Source of the DNA: Narcine bancroftii
Lineage: Eukaryota
NCBI RefSeq assembly: GCF_036971445.1
Contig: NC_091479.1
Span: 15,934,001 to 15,998,000 of the forward strand
Direction of reading: 5' to 3'
DNA length: 64,000 nucleotides
Shown here: positions 50,439 through 63,180 of the stretch, piece after piece
Numbering within the stretch: position 1 is the first letter of the stretch
Layout: each line of letters starts with the position of its first letter
Made by a program: the position numbers and the translations under genes
Notes under the pieces: generated by a model
The model's database searches: none
Told to the model about the DNA's origin: nothing
What the model saw: the letters and a program-made list of their open reading frames with translations, nothing else

Positions 50439-50890
50439 ATCGAGTCCACGCTGCTGAAGATCCAGCTGCGCTGGGTGGGTCACGTCTCCAGAATGGAGGA
50501 CCATCGCCTTCCCAAGATCGTGTTATATGGCGAGCTCTCCACTGGCCACCGTGACAAAGATGCACCAAAGAAAAGGTACAAGGACTGCCTAAAGAAATCT
50601 CTTGGTGCCTGCCACATTGACCACCGCCAGTGGGCTGATATCGCCTCAAACCTTGCATCTTGGCAAGGTTCGGCGGGCAGCAACCTCCTTTGAAGAAGAC
50701 CGCAGAGCCCACCTCACTGACAAAAGGCAAAGGAGGAAAAACCCAACACCCAACCCCAACCAACCAATTTTCCCCTGCAACCGTGTCTGCCTGTCCCACA
50801 TCGGACTTGTCAGCCACAAACTAGCCTGCAGCTGACGTGGACATTTACCCCCCCTCCATAAATCTTCATCCGCGAAGCCAAGCCAAAGAA
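50439..50890 (+). mobile_element. RTE-clade LINE 3' end inserted in a Penelope-like end
   Basis: Highly similar to the reverse complement of 38378-38840; host sequence resumes near 50897. Confidence 0.9.
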
Positions 50891-51523
50891 AAGATTACAT
50901 ACACTGTTTGACCTGCTGAGTTTCTCCAGCCTTGAGTTTTTAACTAATCCTAACAAACTTATTTTTTAGAGTGATTACTTTGAGTTATCGCTGGAATTTA
51001 GAAGGAGAGGGGATCTTATAGAAATATGTGTGTGTGTTCCCTGTGGCAACTTTCACCCGTGGGTAAATCTTTACTGTATTGTGTTCAAACTCGTTGTTTC
51101 TCAGACCCACCGAGAGTTAAATTAAAGGCTCCAGGATAGTTTTGCACCCAGCATTTGGCACCGGACATTTTGGCCCGCCCGCCCCACTCACAGTCTGCTG
51201 GCCAACTCCAACCCAGCGCACTGCCTGAACCCCTGGCATTGCAGAACCTCCCTCACCCCCCCCCCCCCAGGAAACTGCTCCCCGGGCAAACAAGGGCTTT
51301 TCGTAGCTTACAGTGATATATTTAAATTATTAAAAACAGTCTGGGAGCATTCAAAAACAAGGGCTTTTGGTAAATTATAGTGATGTATTTATTCTATTTA
51401 TTGTGTTTAATTAATATAATGGAATATATACTTCATTGAATTTAAAATTATTAAAAATTGCAGGCACCAAGATTTCCGATTCCGTAAATTAACACGTGAG
51501 ATGAGGTCAAAAATAATTCTTTC

Positions 51524-51750
51524 TGTGGTGGAACATGGCAATACAGGTGGGGACCTCACTGAGAGACTGATCAGGCCTGCTTGCCTCCGACCTGGTAACT
51601 CCTCCCTGTAGTTTCCCAATAAAGGCTGAGAGCCCTTGTCTCTTCCCTCGATTCCAGCTTTGGATCCAGGCCAGAAGCGTGCAGTTATGTGCTGGATATT
51701 TCAGGGCATTGAAGCCTTTGTGTCTGAGCAAAGTTACTGATTGTGCTACA
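51524..51750 (+). mobile_element. Short solo LTR candidate (227 bp)
   Basis: TGTGG..CTACA termini, flanks CTTTC/CTTTT, internal AATAAA. Confidence 0.5.
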
Positions 51751-52612
51751 CTTTCCTCCCTACAATGACTTCAGGACCGCAGACAGGATGACTAACCTCA
51801 TTAATCGAAAATAGTGGCTTTGTGGAAACACCTGGATAATTTAAATGTCCCATCCCCCCCCACCTCACCTATCGGCCCGACTTAATTACCAGATAAATAC
51901 AAGATGAGTGCCAACAGGATTTCCTGTCTTTTCAATACTGATAATGAGTTAATTGTTGTACACATTATACATGATCCACAGGCACTGAAATTCTTACTTG
52001 CTAGAGCCAAACAGTTGCGTTGCAACGAGACCAACTACAAAATGACAGTTATACTGGTGCAAAATAAAATGTGACAAAGCAATAGAGCAGACAACCCTTT
52101 TGCAGTCATTCCTAATATCCCAAATCCTTGCAAGGCTCGGTAGGGTGGGTGGGGAGTTGGTGCTTTGCCTGGAGGGGCTGTCAAGATACTCAAATTTTGA
52201 GCTCGGCCGTGAAAATCTGAAACATCGACAGAAACAGAAAAATTCAGTGGGAAGAGAATCGGGAGGTTAATGTTTCAGGTCAGATGAACCTGGTTCAGAA
52301 CTGGGAACAAGGTGCAGCGTGGATTGTCAGGTGGAGGGTCCAGGTGACCTCTCCACCTGGACCCAGGCGGGAATGTGGATTGTGGAGGGTCATGTGATCT
52401 CTCCGACAGGAACCGAGTCGGAAGTCGCATCACCTGCCAGTCAAGGTTGGACTCTGCCCTCCCCTTGGTGCACTCCTGACCACTGGGCCCCTTTAATCAC
52501 CTAGTGATGACCTGGGCCAGACTTCCCAGCTTACTGCACTTTAAAGGCCCACCAGATGCAACAGCTAATCCTCTCGGCTCCTTGGTCGCGTCTACGAACG
52601 CTGCTCTACATC

Positions 52613-53771
52613 CTCTTATTTTTCTTGCGCTATTTATTTATTTTTCAAATGTAATTGATAGCAATATTTGCACATGGATGCTACAGCGAACAACAAATTC
52701 TGTGTCCTGTTCGTGACAATAATCTCCGAATCTGATTCCTTAAAAAATCGTATCCTGTTCAAATATGTAAACTTGTGCTGTAAATACATATTCTTCACTC
52801 CCACCTGCGCTTGGGCTTCTCTCCATTTTCCACAGCAAGTAATTACATGTCTAATTTTAAAATGTGGAGATTGTATTTATGTAAGAATGTTCCTCATATA
52901 GGACTAACATGAGCATATAATACTCTCATTCAGCTTGCTTAATGTATGACCGAATTCAATTATTTTTATCTGTTTTCCATCTGATGTTCCTGATGATGGG
53001 GGAAAACCAGGACAAAGGCTCACAGTCTAAAGCCATTTAGGCCTGACATTAGGTATATATTTACGTATAATATGTGATTACCCTGGTATCCGTGCTCAAC
53101 ATCAGCAAAACCAAGGAGATGACTGTGGGCTTCGGAAGAAAGTCACGGGAACACAATCCATCGAGGACAGCAGAGGAGAGGGTCAAGAACGTCAAATTCC
53201 TGGGTGTCAAGGATCTGTCCTGAAGCCTCCACATTGATGCAATCACAAAGAAGGCTCGCCTGGGGCTATACTTTCCTGAGGTGTTTGAAGAGATTTGATC
53301 TGTCACTGAAGACTCTCGTAAGCCACCTCTACAGGTGTACTGCGGAGAGCATTCTGGCCGGTTGCATCTCTGCCTGGTATGGAGGCGCCAACTCTCTGGA
53401 CAAGAATAAACTCCAGAGGGTTGTTAACTCAGCCCTGCGACATCACAGGCACCAGACTCCACTCCATCGAGGACATCTACATGAGACAGTGTCTTAAAAA
53501 AGCAGCCTCTATCCTCAAACCACCACCCAGGCTATGCCCTCTTCCTTCGGGAAAAAAGTACAGGGGCCTAAAGACGAGAACTCAGTGGCACTTTCTTCTC
53601 CGCTTCTTGCAGAATCAATGCACCAAAGGCACTGCCTTACTTTTCGTGCACTGTTATTTTTATTTATTTATAGTAACATCGTAAGATTGTCATAATATGA
53701 ATGTTTACCCGATGACGCTGTTGCAAAACACTGAATTTCATAACTTGTTCAGGACAATAAATTCTGATTCT
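52613..53771 (+). repeat. Left arm of a long inverted duplication
   Basis: Reverse complement of 59394-60480. Confidence 0.9.
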
Positions 53772-54339
53772 AACAGCGCCTGCAGACTTCTGTGTTTTCA
53801 CTCCACGCCGCAGAGCTAGCACACGTAATTTGCCTGAATGGTTGACTGGCCCGCTCCTGCTCTTACTTTCCTGTGTGAGCCCTTGGGCTCACTGATTCAC
53901 CAGCTGCTTGTCCCGTGATCTCCGAATCAAGTGTATGTGTGTCACTTATTCCAAAAAACCCAAGCCAGCTGAAGATATGAGTGAATCGTCCCACTGACAG
54001 AGGATCGTTGGCTATTTTAAGACTTGTGAAGGCATTTATTTCCTTTAAATTTGCAAAAATCTACTTTCTGAGAAACCTTGGCATGTCGCCGACGTCCCTT
54101 ACCAACTCTTGCAGAGGTCCCGTGGGAAGTATCCTGTCTGCAATGCCTTGCGGCTTGAGGCAGGGACTGCTGTGCCCAAGAAACTTCAGGGACTGGTGAA
54201 CGCAGCTAGGGCCCCATCACTCCATGAGGACCACAAGATAACGGAGCAGAAGCAGGCTGTTCGGCCCGTCGACAATGCTCCACCATTCCATCATGAGCTG
54301 ATCCGTTCTCCCTCTCAGCCCCACTCTGACTATTTTAGT

Positions 54340-55160
54340 ATTTTATTTTGGGATTTTTTAAAAATAGAATATACATTTTAACATATTAATACACTATATT
54401 AAACAATTTCTCACAAACACAACAAATAAAAACAAAACAGTCTCTCTCTCTCTCTTCCCCTTTCATACAGATCCATTCACTGTCGGAGCTCACATATAAA
54501 GTATATAGAGAACAGTTGGGGAAATTACATTTTTTACTTTGTTGCCCTTTTTTGTTCCTTTTAATTACTGTATCTTTTCCCCTATGTGGTCCAGGTACGG
54601 CTGCCAGACCTTTACAAAAATATCATGTTATATGTGATTATTTTTTACCCCCGTACGTACTCAGCTGTTCATTTCCACTGCCCATCGTGCTATAAGTAGA
54701 GGGGAGACGGACTTCCAAGGGATCGCGATACCTTTTTTTTTGTTGCCGCCATTGCTATTTTTGTAAATGAGATTTGATATTTGGTCGCATGTTTCCATGA
54801 AATTACCTGGTAGATACAGCTTCCTGGATAGTTTTTTTTTTGTGATTCCTTGCCAAAATGGCCTCACGTCCACGTGGCACGTAGAAAAGTTCCCGTCTCA
54901 CTCCCGCATCTGAAACACATCTCTGAAGTTTCGGCATTTGATCTGCGTAACCTTTGTGGGGTAAGATGGAAATGGTGTAAAAAAAAAATTTACACTGAAC
55001 CAGCCCATTTATACCTGACGTCGTCCTGTCCTTCCACCAATCTGACCGGCTTCTTTCTGAAATCACCGCACCCCCATCTTTCCCTTGACCTCTGCAAGGA
55101 GACCATAGTACATTTTTGTATTCCCCATCCAGACCGTTTGTTCAGTTTATCCTGAATATT
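54340..55160 (-). mobile_element. L1-type LINE 3' fragment
   Basis: Minus strand CFRCGSETGTFLRATWT, a degenerate L1 ORF2 cysteine-rich motif. Confidence 0.6.
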
Positions 55161-56582
55161 TTTTTAAAATTACTGTATATGCTGTTTTGTAAGATGACTC
55201 CCATATATTATGACCCCAGAATTTCCACCTAAATTGAAAGTCTTTGATTAAGACTTTAGGGTGGCAGTTACTGCAATTATTTTACAGTGCCAGTGACCCA
55301 CGCTGTCTGTAAGGAGTTTGTATGCTCTCCCCATGCCTGAGTGGGTTCTACCTGGGGAGGGGGGAGCTCCGGTTTCCTCCCACCATACCGGGGAGAAAGA
55401 AGGGGAAGTGGGTGGGAAACTGGAGGAAAGCAGACTCAGGCCCGAAACCTTGGCTCCTTACGCCCTATGGATGCTGCCTGACCTACTGAGGTTCTCGAGT
55501 ACCTACTGAGGTTCATTCATTTTCTATTTCAATAGTGGTGCAGCAGGCAAACAGCGCAAACTCTCACCTTCCAAAACAGAATGGAATGTCTTGCTTTTTG
55601 GACGTTTTCATTCATCCATTCTCTAGAAGTGGAATTACTGGCAAGCCCAGTCTTTGATGTCTGTCTCCAACCGCCATCTTTTACGGGATGCAGGAGCATC
55701 AAAATCAGGACCACTGGGCGAGGAAAACAGCTTCTTCCTGCAGGCTGTGAGATTGAAGAAACAGTAAATGATTCCAAAATATTTATATCTACACTGTTTT
55801 GTCGGGCTGTATATGTACGGTCAGATGATAATAAACTTGAAATGAATGGCTTGTTGGGCCACCTTGGAGGTGAGTTAAAATCGACCACATTGATGGGTTT
55901 GAGTTATACATAAACCAGAATGAGGAAAAGATGGCAGATTTTTCTCCTGTGAGGGACACAGCAATGTCTCAACAAAGTGGAGGATTTAGATTTCCAATGC
56001 ACATTTGGCGACCTTACCACATTCCAAGATTTCAGACCCAATTTAGTACTTTTGAAGTACATTTCCGCTTCATATTTTACTTAGTCTCTTTTTAAGAACA
56101 CTTTGGAGACCAAATGTCTGTGTGACAAATGTGCTCCCTCTTCCAAATTAACGTGATCTGCAATGGCTTTTTTATGAAATGGCTCCATCTCTTGGTGAAC
56201 ATTATGCCACCTCTCTCACCCTCTTGTCATCTGTCAATCCATCTCCATCTCCCTCTCTCCTCTACTATGGCCATTTGTCTCTCTTCCCTGCCTTAGCTCT
56301 TTCTCTCCAACCCCCCTCCTCCCCGCCCCCACTTTTCTCCATATTCTTGCCTTCCACTCTCTCCTCTGCTTTTTCTCTTTTACTCCCACTTCCTTGATCT
56401 CTCATGTTCCTTCTTTTTCCATTTTCTCTCTCTTCCTTATCCTGTCTCGCTCTGACTCTCTCTCTCTCTTTCGATCTCATTCTCAATTTCTCTCTTTTTC
56501 ATAATCTCTTTCTCATTCTGTCTCTTTTGTGAATCTCTTTCTCTCCCCCTTTGTTCCTGCCTTCCTGCCTCTTTTCTATCCA

Positions 56583-57233
56583 CAGTAAAACCCTTGTGAT
56601 CCAGCACCTATAGGGATTGGCAGATGCTGGATAAGTGTATTTTCCGGTTGCTTGAGATTCACTCTTACAACCCCTGTATTAGGAATAAACAGTTTAAAAG
56701 ACAAAAATGTTGGACTGTACTTACACTGAACAAACTTCACTCACATGAATATATAAACCTGAAAGCATTTTACTTTATTTTCAGTCACATTCTTTGAAAA
56801 CATTTAACCGGCACTGCATCTGCAGGTTCCTCCCCCTCCACGGAGCCACCCGACAGATGAACAATAACATTATAGATAATTAACCAAATGCTCCCCTAAG
56901 TTTAAAGATAAAGCCTCTGACCGGGGCGGCTCTTACTAAGCAGTGATAAGGAGATGCTTAAGAGAGTTGCCCCAATGGCAAGCTCTTCATTCTGGGCAAT
57001 GCCAACACAACTTTATTCAAACAGCGGCCACGAGCAAAGCACAACCAATGCTAAGTATTTGCTCCCATCTTCACCAAAAGTTTATGTGTTACTTCCAAGA
57101 ACATTTACTTTTACAATTATAAACGTAAGTATTTTTTACCTATTATTTTATTCTTATTTATTTTAATTTTATAAGATATATTTTCTTAATTTTTTTTCTG
57201 GTGGCTTGAATTCCTGATATCATGGGTTTACTG
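56583..57233. mobile_element. pogo/Tigger-type element (same family as 6092-6750)
   Basis: CAGTAAAACCC..GGGTTTACTG inverted ends. Confidence 0.75.
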
Positions 57234-59393
57234 TCTTATACTTCAGCCAGACAGCCACTGTGAAGACCTGAAATGGGTGGGGGGGGGGGGGGAGGAAAAA
57301 TGATCAGAACCAGGATTTTGTTTCAGAAACTACTTTTATGAATATCATTTGTATCCTTCTCATGACTGGTCTCTGTGGAGGTGACACGGGAACAAAAAAA
57401 ATAAAACAGCTTTCATTTCTTGCCTCTTGGTCAATGTTTCGCTAGCAGAAATTGCTGCCGTCCATTTCAAACTCAGAAATGGGCGCCCTCCACTTTCCGT
57501 GCACCTCCCTGAACCAAAATGCACATGGTGGGGATGGCACAATTAGCAGGATGGTGTTACAGCACTGTGAGTTCGAATCCAGAGCTGTCTGTGGGGCACT
57601 TGGTTCTCTCCGGATCTGTGCTGGTTTCCTCCGGGTGGTCTGGTTTCCTCCCACCATTCAAAACAGACCGGAGTCGTAGATCAATTGGGTGTAATTGGGC
57701 GGCGCGAGCTCGTGGGCCAAAAGGGCCTGTTACCGTGCTGTATGTCCAAATTTAAATTTTAAATTGCTGATTTACAACGTAATTCGCACATGCACAATGG
57801 CTCAGAGATATTATGGCTTGTTTAACTCTAGAAAAAAAATTATTTTAGATATGCTATCACAGATTCCAAAAGACATGGGGCCCATTCATGGACTATTATC
57901 AAAATCTTAGGATTTCAAGATCTTATGGAGCACAGGTATCACTGACCTTTTGTACAATACAAGCCTCCCTCACCATCAGTTCTCAAGTCCCTGTGATCCA
58001 TAGAAGCTATACATCAGGTGGATGGTATCATTATCTAAGTCACATGTATGAAAAGTATATTTATATATCTTCTAGCTCCTGGGTACCAATGCTTCTCTTA
58101 TTTAGCTAACAATTGTACATGACAACAAGACAAGCTCCCTTAAGAGTAGTAAAGACCATTGTCCAAAAGGAAAAATCCCTATACAGACATGTATATCGCG
58201 TAGACCTCATTTTAGGAAAAGATTCGGGGGGGGGACTAGTACATGCATACTACTTTTGACCGCGGTAAGTGCCAGTGTTGTTGGGGAGCTCAGATGGGCA
58301 GGCAGGCGGCCGGGACCAGGCAGTAAGTCCACAGTCGTGACTTAGGGAGCCCAGATGGGCAGGTGGCCTAGGTGAGAGTCTGTGGTTGGGTTGTCTGGTG
58401 GGCGAGCAGCCGTGGGGGGGTGGGGGGGGGAAAACGACCTTTACATGATATTGACTACTACTCAAGTACGATAATTGAAGAAGATGCAAAAACGCCCCTG
58501 AATATTTTCCTAATTATGTAATCTTGTGGACGACAGAAGTGATTTGCATATTGAATAATATTTTTATTAATGTTTTAAAATACAATCAATATCTACTCTG
58601 ATTATTCCCCTCATAATTTTAAATACCTCTATCAAATCCCCCCTCAACCTTCTACGCTCCAATGAATAAGGACCCATTCTTTACGAGCGGCAAGGCGCGC
58701 CAATTTAAACCTCTATTTTTTACCTACTTATTTTCCTCAATTTGCTTTACTGGGTGGCTTGAGGTTGCCAGTTGCTTGAATTCTGGATAACAGGACATAC
58801 TCCGTGAGGAGAGATTAAGTCGCCTTGGACTCTACTCGCTGGAATTTAGTAGAATGAGAAGAGAACTTATAAAAGCAATGTTTATGAAAAGAATAAATTA
58901 GATAGAAGCAGAAAAGTTGCTCTGATCCTTGGTAAAATCTAAATTATAAAGCTTCATGATGGAAGTGAGGAGAATGTGGGCAGGCAAATAGTAAGTCAGC
59001 AATGATGGGGCTTTAATATACAGCAGAATAATTATTATGTCGCAGAATATGGGTTATATAATAACAGACTAGTTAGGCTGCAACAGAGAAGCATCGCAGC
59101 AACTCTGGAAACACTTGATTGCTTTTCCTTATTATACACGGGGTCACTTCGATGAGGCTGGAACTCAACACGTTAATGGTGAACATATATTTTGCTATAG
59201 AAAGTGTACCGTTTGACCCGTGGAGCTCTGCGTTTTTACATTTGTGTTCTGCTGTTCGTGGTGAATGGTGGGTTACCCCAAGAGTGAAGCGGTTAGCGCA
59301 ATGCTGTCACAACACCAGCGATGGGGGACCTGGGATAGAATCCCACGCTGTCTCTAAGGAGTCGCTATGTTCTCCCGGTGTCTGCATGGGTTC

Positions 59394-60480
59394 AGAATCA
59401 GAATTTATTGTCATGAGCAACTCGCCAGCGTTGTTGTTTCGCCAAGCAGTGTCACAGGGGCAAACATTTATAAAAACCATCTAAATAAAAATAGTGCCTG
59501 AGAAGTCAAAGTGAGGCAGTGTCTTTGGATCATTGCTCATTCAGGAATCTGATGGCAGCGGAGTAGAAGCTGTCCTTGTGCCGCTGGGTGCTCATCCTTA
59601 GGCTTCTGGACTTTTTTCCCCGATGGGTGGCGGGGGGTCCTTTAGGACAGAGGCTGCTTTCTTAAGACACCGCCTTGTGTAAATGTCCTCAATGGGGTGC
59701 CTGTGGTGTCGCAGGCTGAGTTAACAAACCTGTGGAGTTTTTACTTGTCCTGTGTGTTGGCACCTCCACACCAGACAGTGATGCAACCAGCCAGAATGCT
59801 CTCCACGGTCCACCTGAGAGAGTCTTCGGTGACATACCGAATCTCCTCAAAAAGTGTAGCCTTTGTGATTGCATCAACGTGGAGGCTTCAGGACAGATCC
59901 TTGACACCCAGGAATTTGATGTTCTTGACCCTCTCCACTGCTGTCCTCGATGGATTGTGTTCCCGTGACTTCCTTCTGAAGCCCATGGTCATCTTGATTT
60001 TGCTGACGTTGAGCACGGATACCAGGGTAATCACATATTATATACCTAACATCGGGCCTAAATGGCTTTAGACTGTGACCCTTTGTCCTGGTTTTCCCCC
60101 ATTATCAGGAACATCAGATGAAAAACAGATAAAAATAATTGAATTCGGTCATACATTAAGCAAGCTGAATGAGAGTATTATATGTACATGTTAGTCCTAT
60201 ATGAGGAACATTCTTACATAAATATAATCTCCACATTTTAAAATTAGACATGTAATTACTTGCTGTGGAAAATGGTGAGAAGCCCAAGGTGGGAGTGAAG
60301 AATATGTATTTACAGCACAAGTTTACATATTTGAACAGGATACGATTTTTTAAGGAATCAGATTCAGAGATTATTGTCACGAACAGGACACAGAATTTGT
60401 TGTTCGCTGTAGCATCCATGTGCAAATATTGCTATAAATTACATTTGAAAAATAAATAAATAGCGGAAGATAAATAAGAG
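59394..60480 (-). repeat. Right arm of the long inverted duplication
   Basis: Reverse complement of 52613-53771. Confidence 0.9.
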
Positions 60481-60775
60481 ACAATAAGGTCGTGCCTGAG
60501 GTACATTGATCTGATGGCAGAGGGGAAGTAGCCGTCCTTGTGCTGCTGAGTGCTCGTCTTCAGGCTCCTGGGCCTCCTTCCCGATGGTAGCAGAGTGAAG
60601 AGGGCCTGGCCTGGGTGGTGGTGGGGATAGAGGCTGCTCCCTTAAGAAAAATTTTTAAATATAGTAAGATAATAACCTCCAGAGGTGGACATGGGAGGGA
60701 GAGATCCCAGTGCCTCCTGTAGCAGGCCTGACCTTGGAACCACCCCATTGGTCCACTCCTGGGCTTTGCCAGGGG

Positions 60776-62210
60776 TAAGTTCTAGAGCGCCCCCTGTGGT
60801 GGGATAGGAGGAAGACTAGAGCACCACCTGTGGTGGAATGGGGGGGGGGGGTCAACTCCAGAGCGCCCCCAGTGGTGAAAGAAGAATAAGTTCTAGTGCT
60901 CCTCTTGTGGCGGGATGGGGGATAAGTTCTAGAGCGCCCCCTGTGGTGGGATGGGAGTAAGACGAGAGCATCAGCTGTGGTGGAATGGGGGGGGTCAACT
61001 CCAGAGCGCCCCCAGTGGTGAAGTAGAATAAGTTCTGGTGCTCTGCTTGTGGCGGGATGGGGGATAAGTTCTAGAGCGCCCCCTGTGGTGGGATGGGAGT
61101 AAGACGAGAGCACCACCTGTGGTGGAATGGGGGGGGGTCAACTCCAGAGCGCCCCCAGTGGTGAAGTAGAATAAGTTCTAGTGCTCCGCTTGTGGCGGGA
61201 TGGGGGGGTAAGTTCTAGAGCGCCCCCTGTGGTGGGATGGGAGTAAGACTAGAGCACCACCTGTGTTGGAATGGGTGGGGGGTTCAACTCCAGAGCGCCC
61301 CCAGTGGTGAAGTAGAATAAGTTCTAGTGCTCCTCTTGTGGCGGGATGGGAGATAAGTTCTAGAGCGCCCCCTGTGGTGGGATGGGAGTAAGACGAGAGC
61401 ATCAGCTGTGGTGGAATGGGGGGGGTCAACTCCAGAGCGCCCCCAGTGGTGAAGTAGAATAAGTTCTGGTGCTCTGCTTGTGGCGGGATGGGGGATAAGT
61501 TCTAGAGCGCCCCCTGTGGTGGGATGGGAGTAAGACGAGAGCACCACCTGTGGTGGAATGGGGGGGGGTCAACTGCAGAGCGCCCCCAGTGGTGAAGTAG
61601 AATAAGTTCTAGTGCTCCGCTTGTGGCGGGATGGGGGGGTAAGTTCTAGAGCGCCCCCTGTGGTGGGATGGGAGTAAGACTAGAGCACCACCTGTGTTGG
61701 AATGGGTGGGGGGTTCAACTCCAGAGCGCCCCCAGGGGTGGAGCAAAATAAGTTCTAGTGCTCCGCTTGTGGCGGGATGGGGGATAAGTTCTAGAGCGCC
61801 CCCTGTGGTGGGATGGGAGTAAGTCTAGAGCACCACCTGTGGTGGAATGGGGGGGGGTCAACTCCAGAGCGCCCCCAGTGGTGAAGTAGAATAAGTTCTG
61901 GTGCTCTGCTTGTGGCGGGATGGGGGATAAGTTCTAGAGCGCCCCCTGTGGTGGGATGGGAGTAAGACGAGAGCACCACCTGTGGTGGAATGGGGGGGGG
62001 TCAACTCCAGAGCGCCCCCAGTGGTGAAGTAGAATAAGTTCTAGTGCTCCGCTTGTGGCGGGATGGGGGGGTAAGTTCTAGAGCGCCCCCTGTGGTGGGA
62101 TGGGAGTAAGACTAGAGCACCACCTGTGTTGGAATGGGTGGGGGGTTCAACTCCAGAGCGCCCCCAGGGGTGGAGCAAAATAAGTTCTAGTGCTCCGCTT
62201 GTGGCGGGAT
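60776..62210. repeat. Tandem array of 10 units of about 144 bp, each with four related subrepeats
   Basis: Units start TAAGTTCTAGAGCGCCCCCTGTGG at 60776, 60923, 61065, 61209, 61354, 61496, 61640, 61785, 61928 and 62072. Confidence 0.95.
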
Positions 62211-62229
62211 GATCGAACTCCCCCTATGG

Positions 62230-62640
62230 GTAAGGACCAGTGCGCCTCTTGCGTGAAATCGCTTCACAGCGCCCCCACTGGCGGGGCGAGGCTGAGTGCG
62301 CCCCCACAGCGCCACCCGCGGCGGGGCGTGGAACTCGGCGCCATGCCCCCGCCCCGCCCCCTCCCCTCCCCCCCCCTCGCGGGGCGGACCCTCGGCGCGT
62401 CGCGGTCGGACGATACCGGAGCGAGGGTGCCGCAGTCGCGCGGACCGAGGCTGACGGGCGGCCGCGTCGCGCTGGGCTCCGGCGAATCCTGCGGCACCAT
62501 GGCAACGGCTCGCGGCCCCGCTCGGCTCGGCGCCGCCGTGTGCGCGCTGCTCGCGCTCTCGCTCAGGCTGGAGCCGGCCCGCGGCCAGAGCGGTGAGTGC
62601 CGCGGCCTGGGGCCCGGGCTGGAGGACTCCGGCAATGGGT
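62230..62640 (+). promoter_or_regulatory. CpG island / GC-box promoter of the plus-strand gene
   Basis: Very high CpG density; tandem GC boxes CCCCGCCCCGCCCC near 62346-62360 and GGGGCGG near 62381. Confidence 0.75.
62499..62592 (+). CDS. NPTN: Signal-peptide first coding exon, probably neuroplastin
   Basis: Strong Kozak GGCACCATGG; MATARGPARLGAAVCALLALSLRLEPARGQS + G|GTGAGT phase-1 donor. The ending parallels the human NPTN leader (..AAQN followed by the exon junction), and NPTN is the divergent neighbour of CD276 in human. Identity rests on synteny and exon architecture, not strong similarity. Confidence 0.7.
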
Positions 62641-62668
62641 TGGGGGGCGGGGTTGGGGGGGGGGTGCT

Positions 62669-63180
62669 GGGAGGACCGTGCGGGGGGGGGGGCGCTGGGA
62701 GGACCGAGGGGGGGCGCTGGGAGGGACCGTGCGGGGCGCTGGGAGGACCGAGGGGGGGCGCTGGGAGGACCGTGCGGGGCGTTGGGAGGACCGAGGGGGG
62801 GGGGCGGCCGGGAGGACCGAGGGGGGGGGGGGCGGCCGGGAGGACCGTGGGGCGGGGGGGGGCGGCCGGGAGGACCGTGGGGCGGGGGGGGGGCGGCCGG
62901 GAGGACCGTGGGGCGGGGGGGGGCGGCCGGGAGGACCGTGGGGCGGGGGGGGGGCGGCCGGGAGGACCGTGGGGCGGGGGGGGGGCGGCCGGGAGGACCG
63001 TGGGGCGGGGGGGGGGCGGCCGGGAGGACCGTGGGGGGGGGCGGCGGGCGGCCGGGAGGACCGTGGGGGGGGGGGGGGGGCGGCCGGGAGGACCGTGGGG
63101 GGGGGGCGGCCGGGAGGACCGTGGGGGGGGGCGACCGGGAGGACCGTGAGGGGGGGGGGCGGCCGGGAGGACCGTGGGGG
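62669..63180. repeat. G-rich minisatellite A (about 27-31 bp unit)
   Basis: Repeated GGGAGGACCGTGGGGCG(n)CGGCC. Confidence 0.9.

Noticed and set aside
62343-62498. In-frame upstream ATG extending the leader by 52 aa
   Set aside because: It lies before the GC boxes and is probably upstream of the TSS; the extension would bury the signal peptide, and the 62499 ATG has the better Kozak context.
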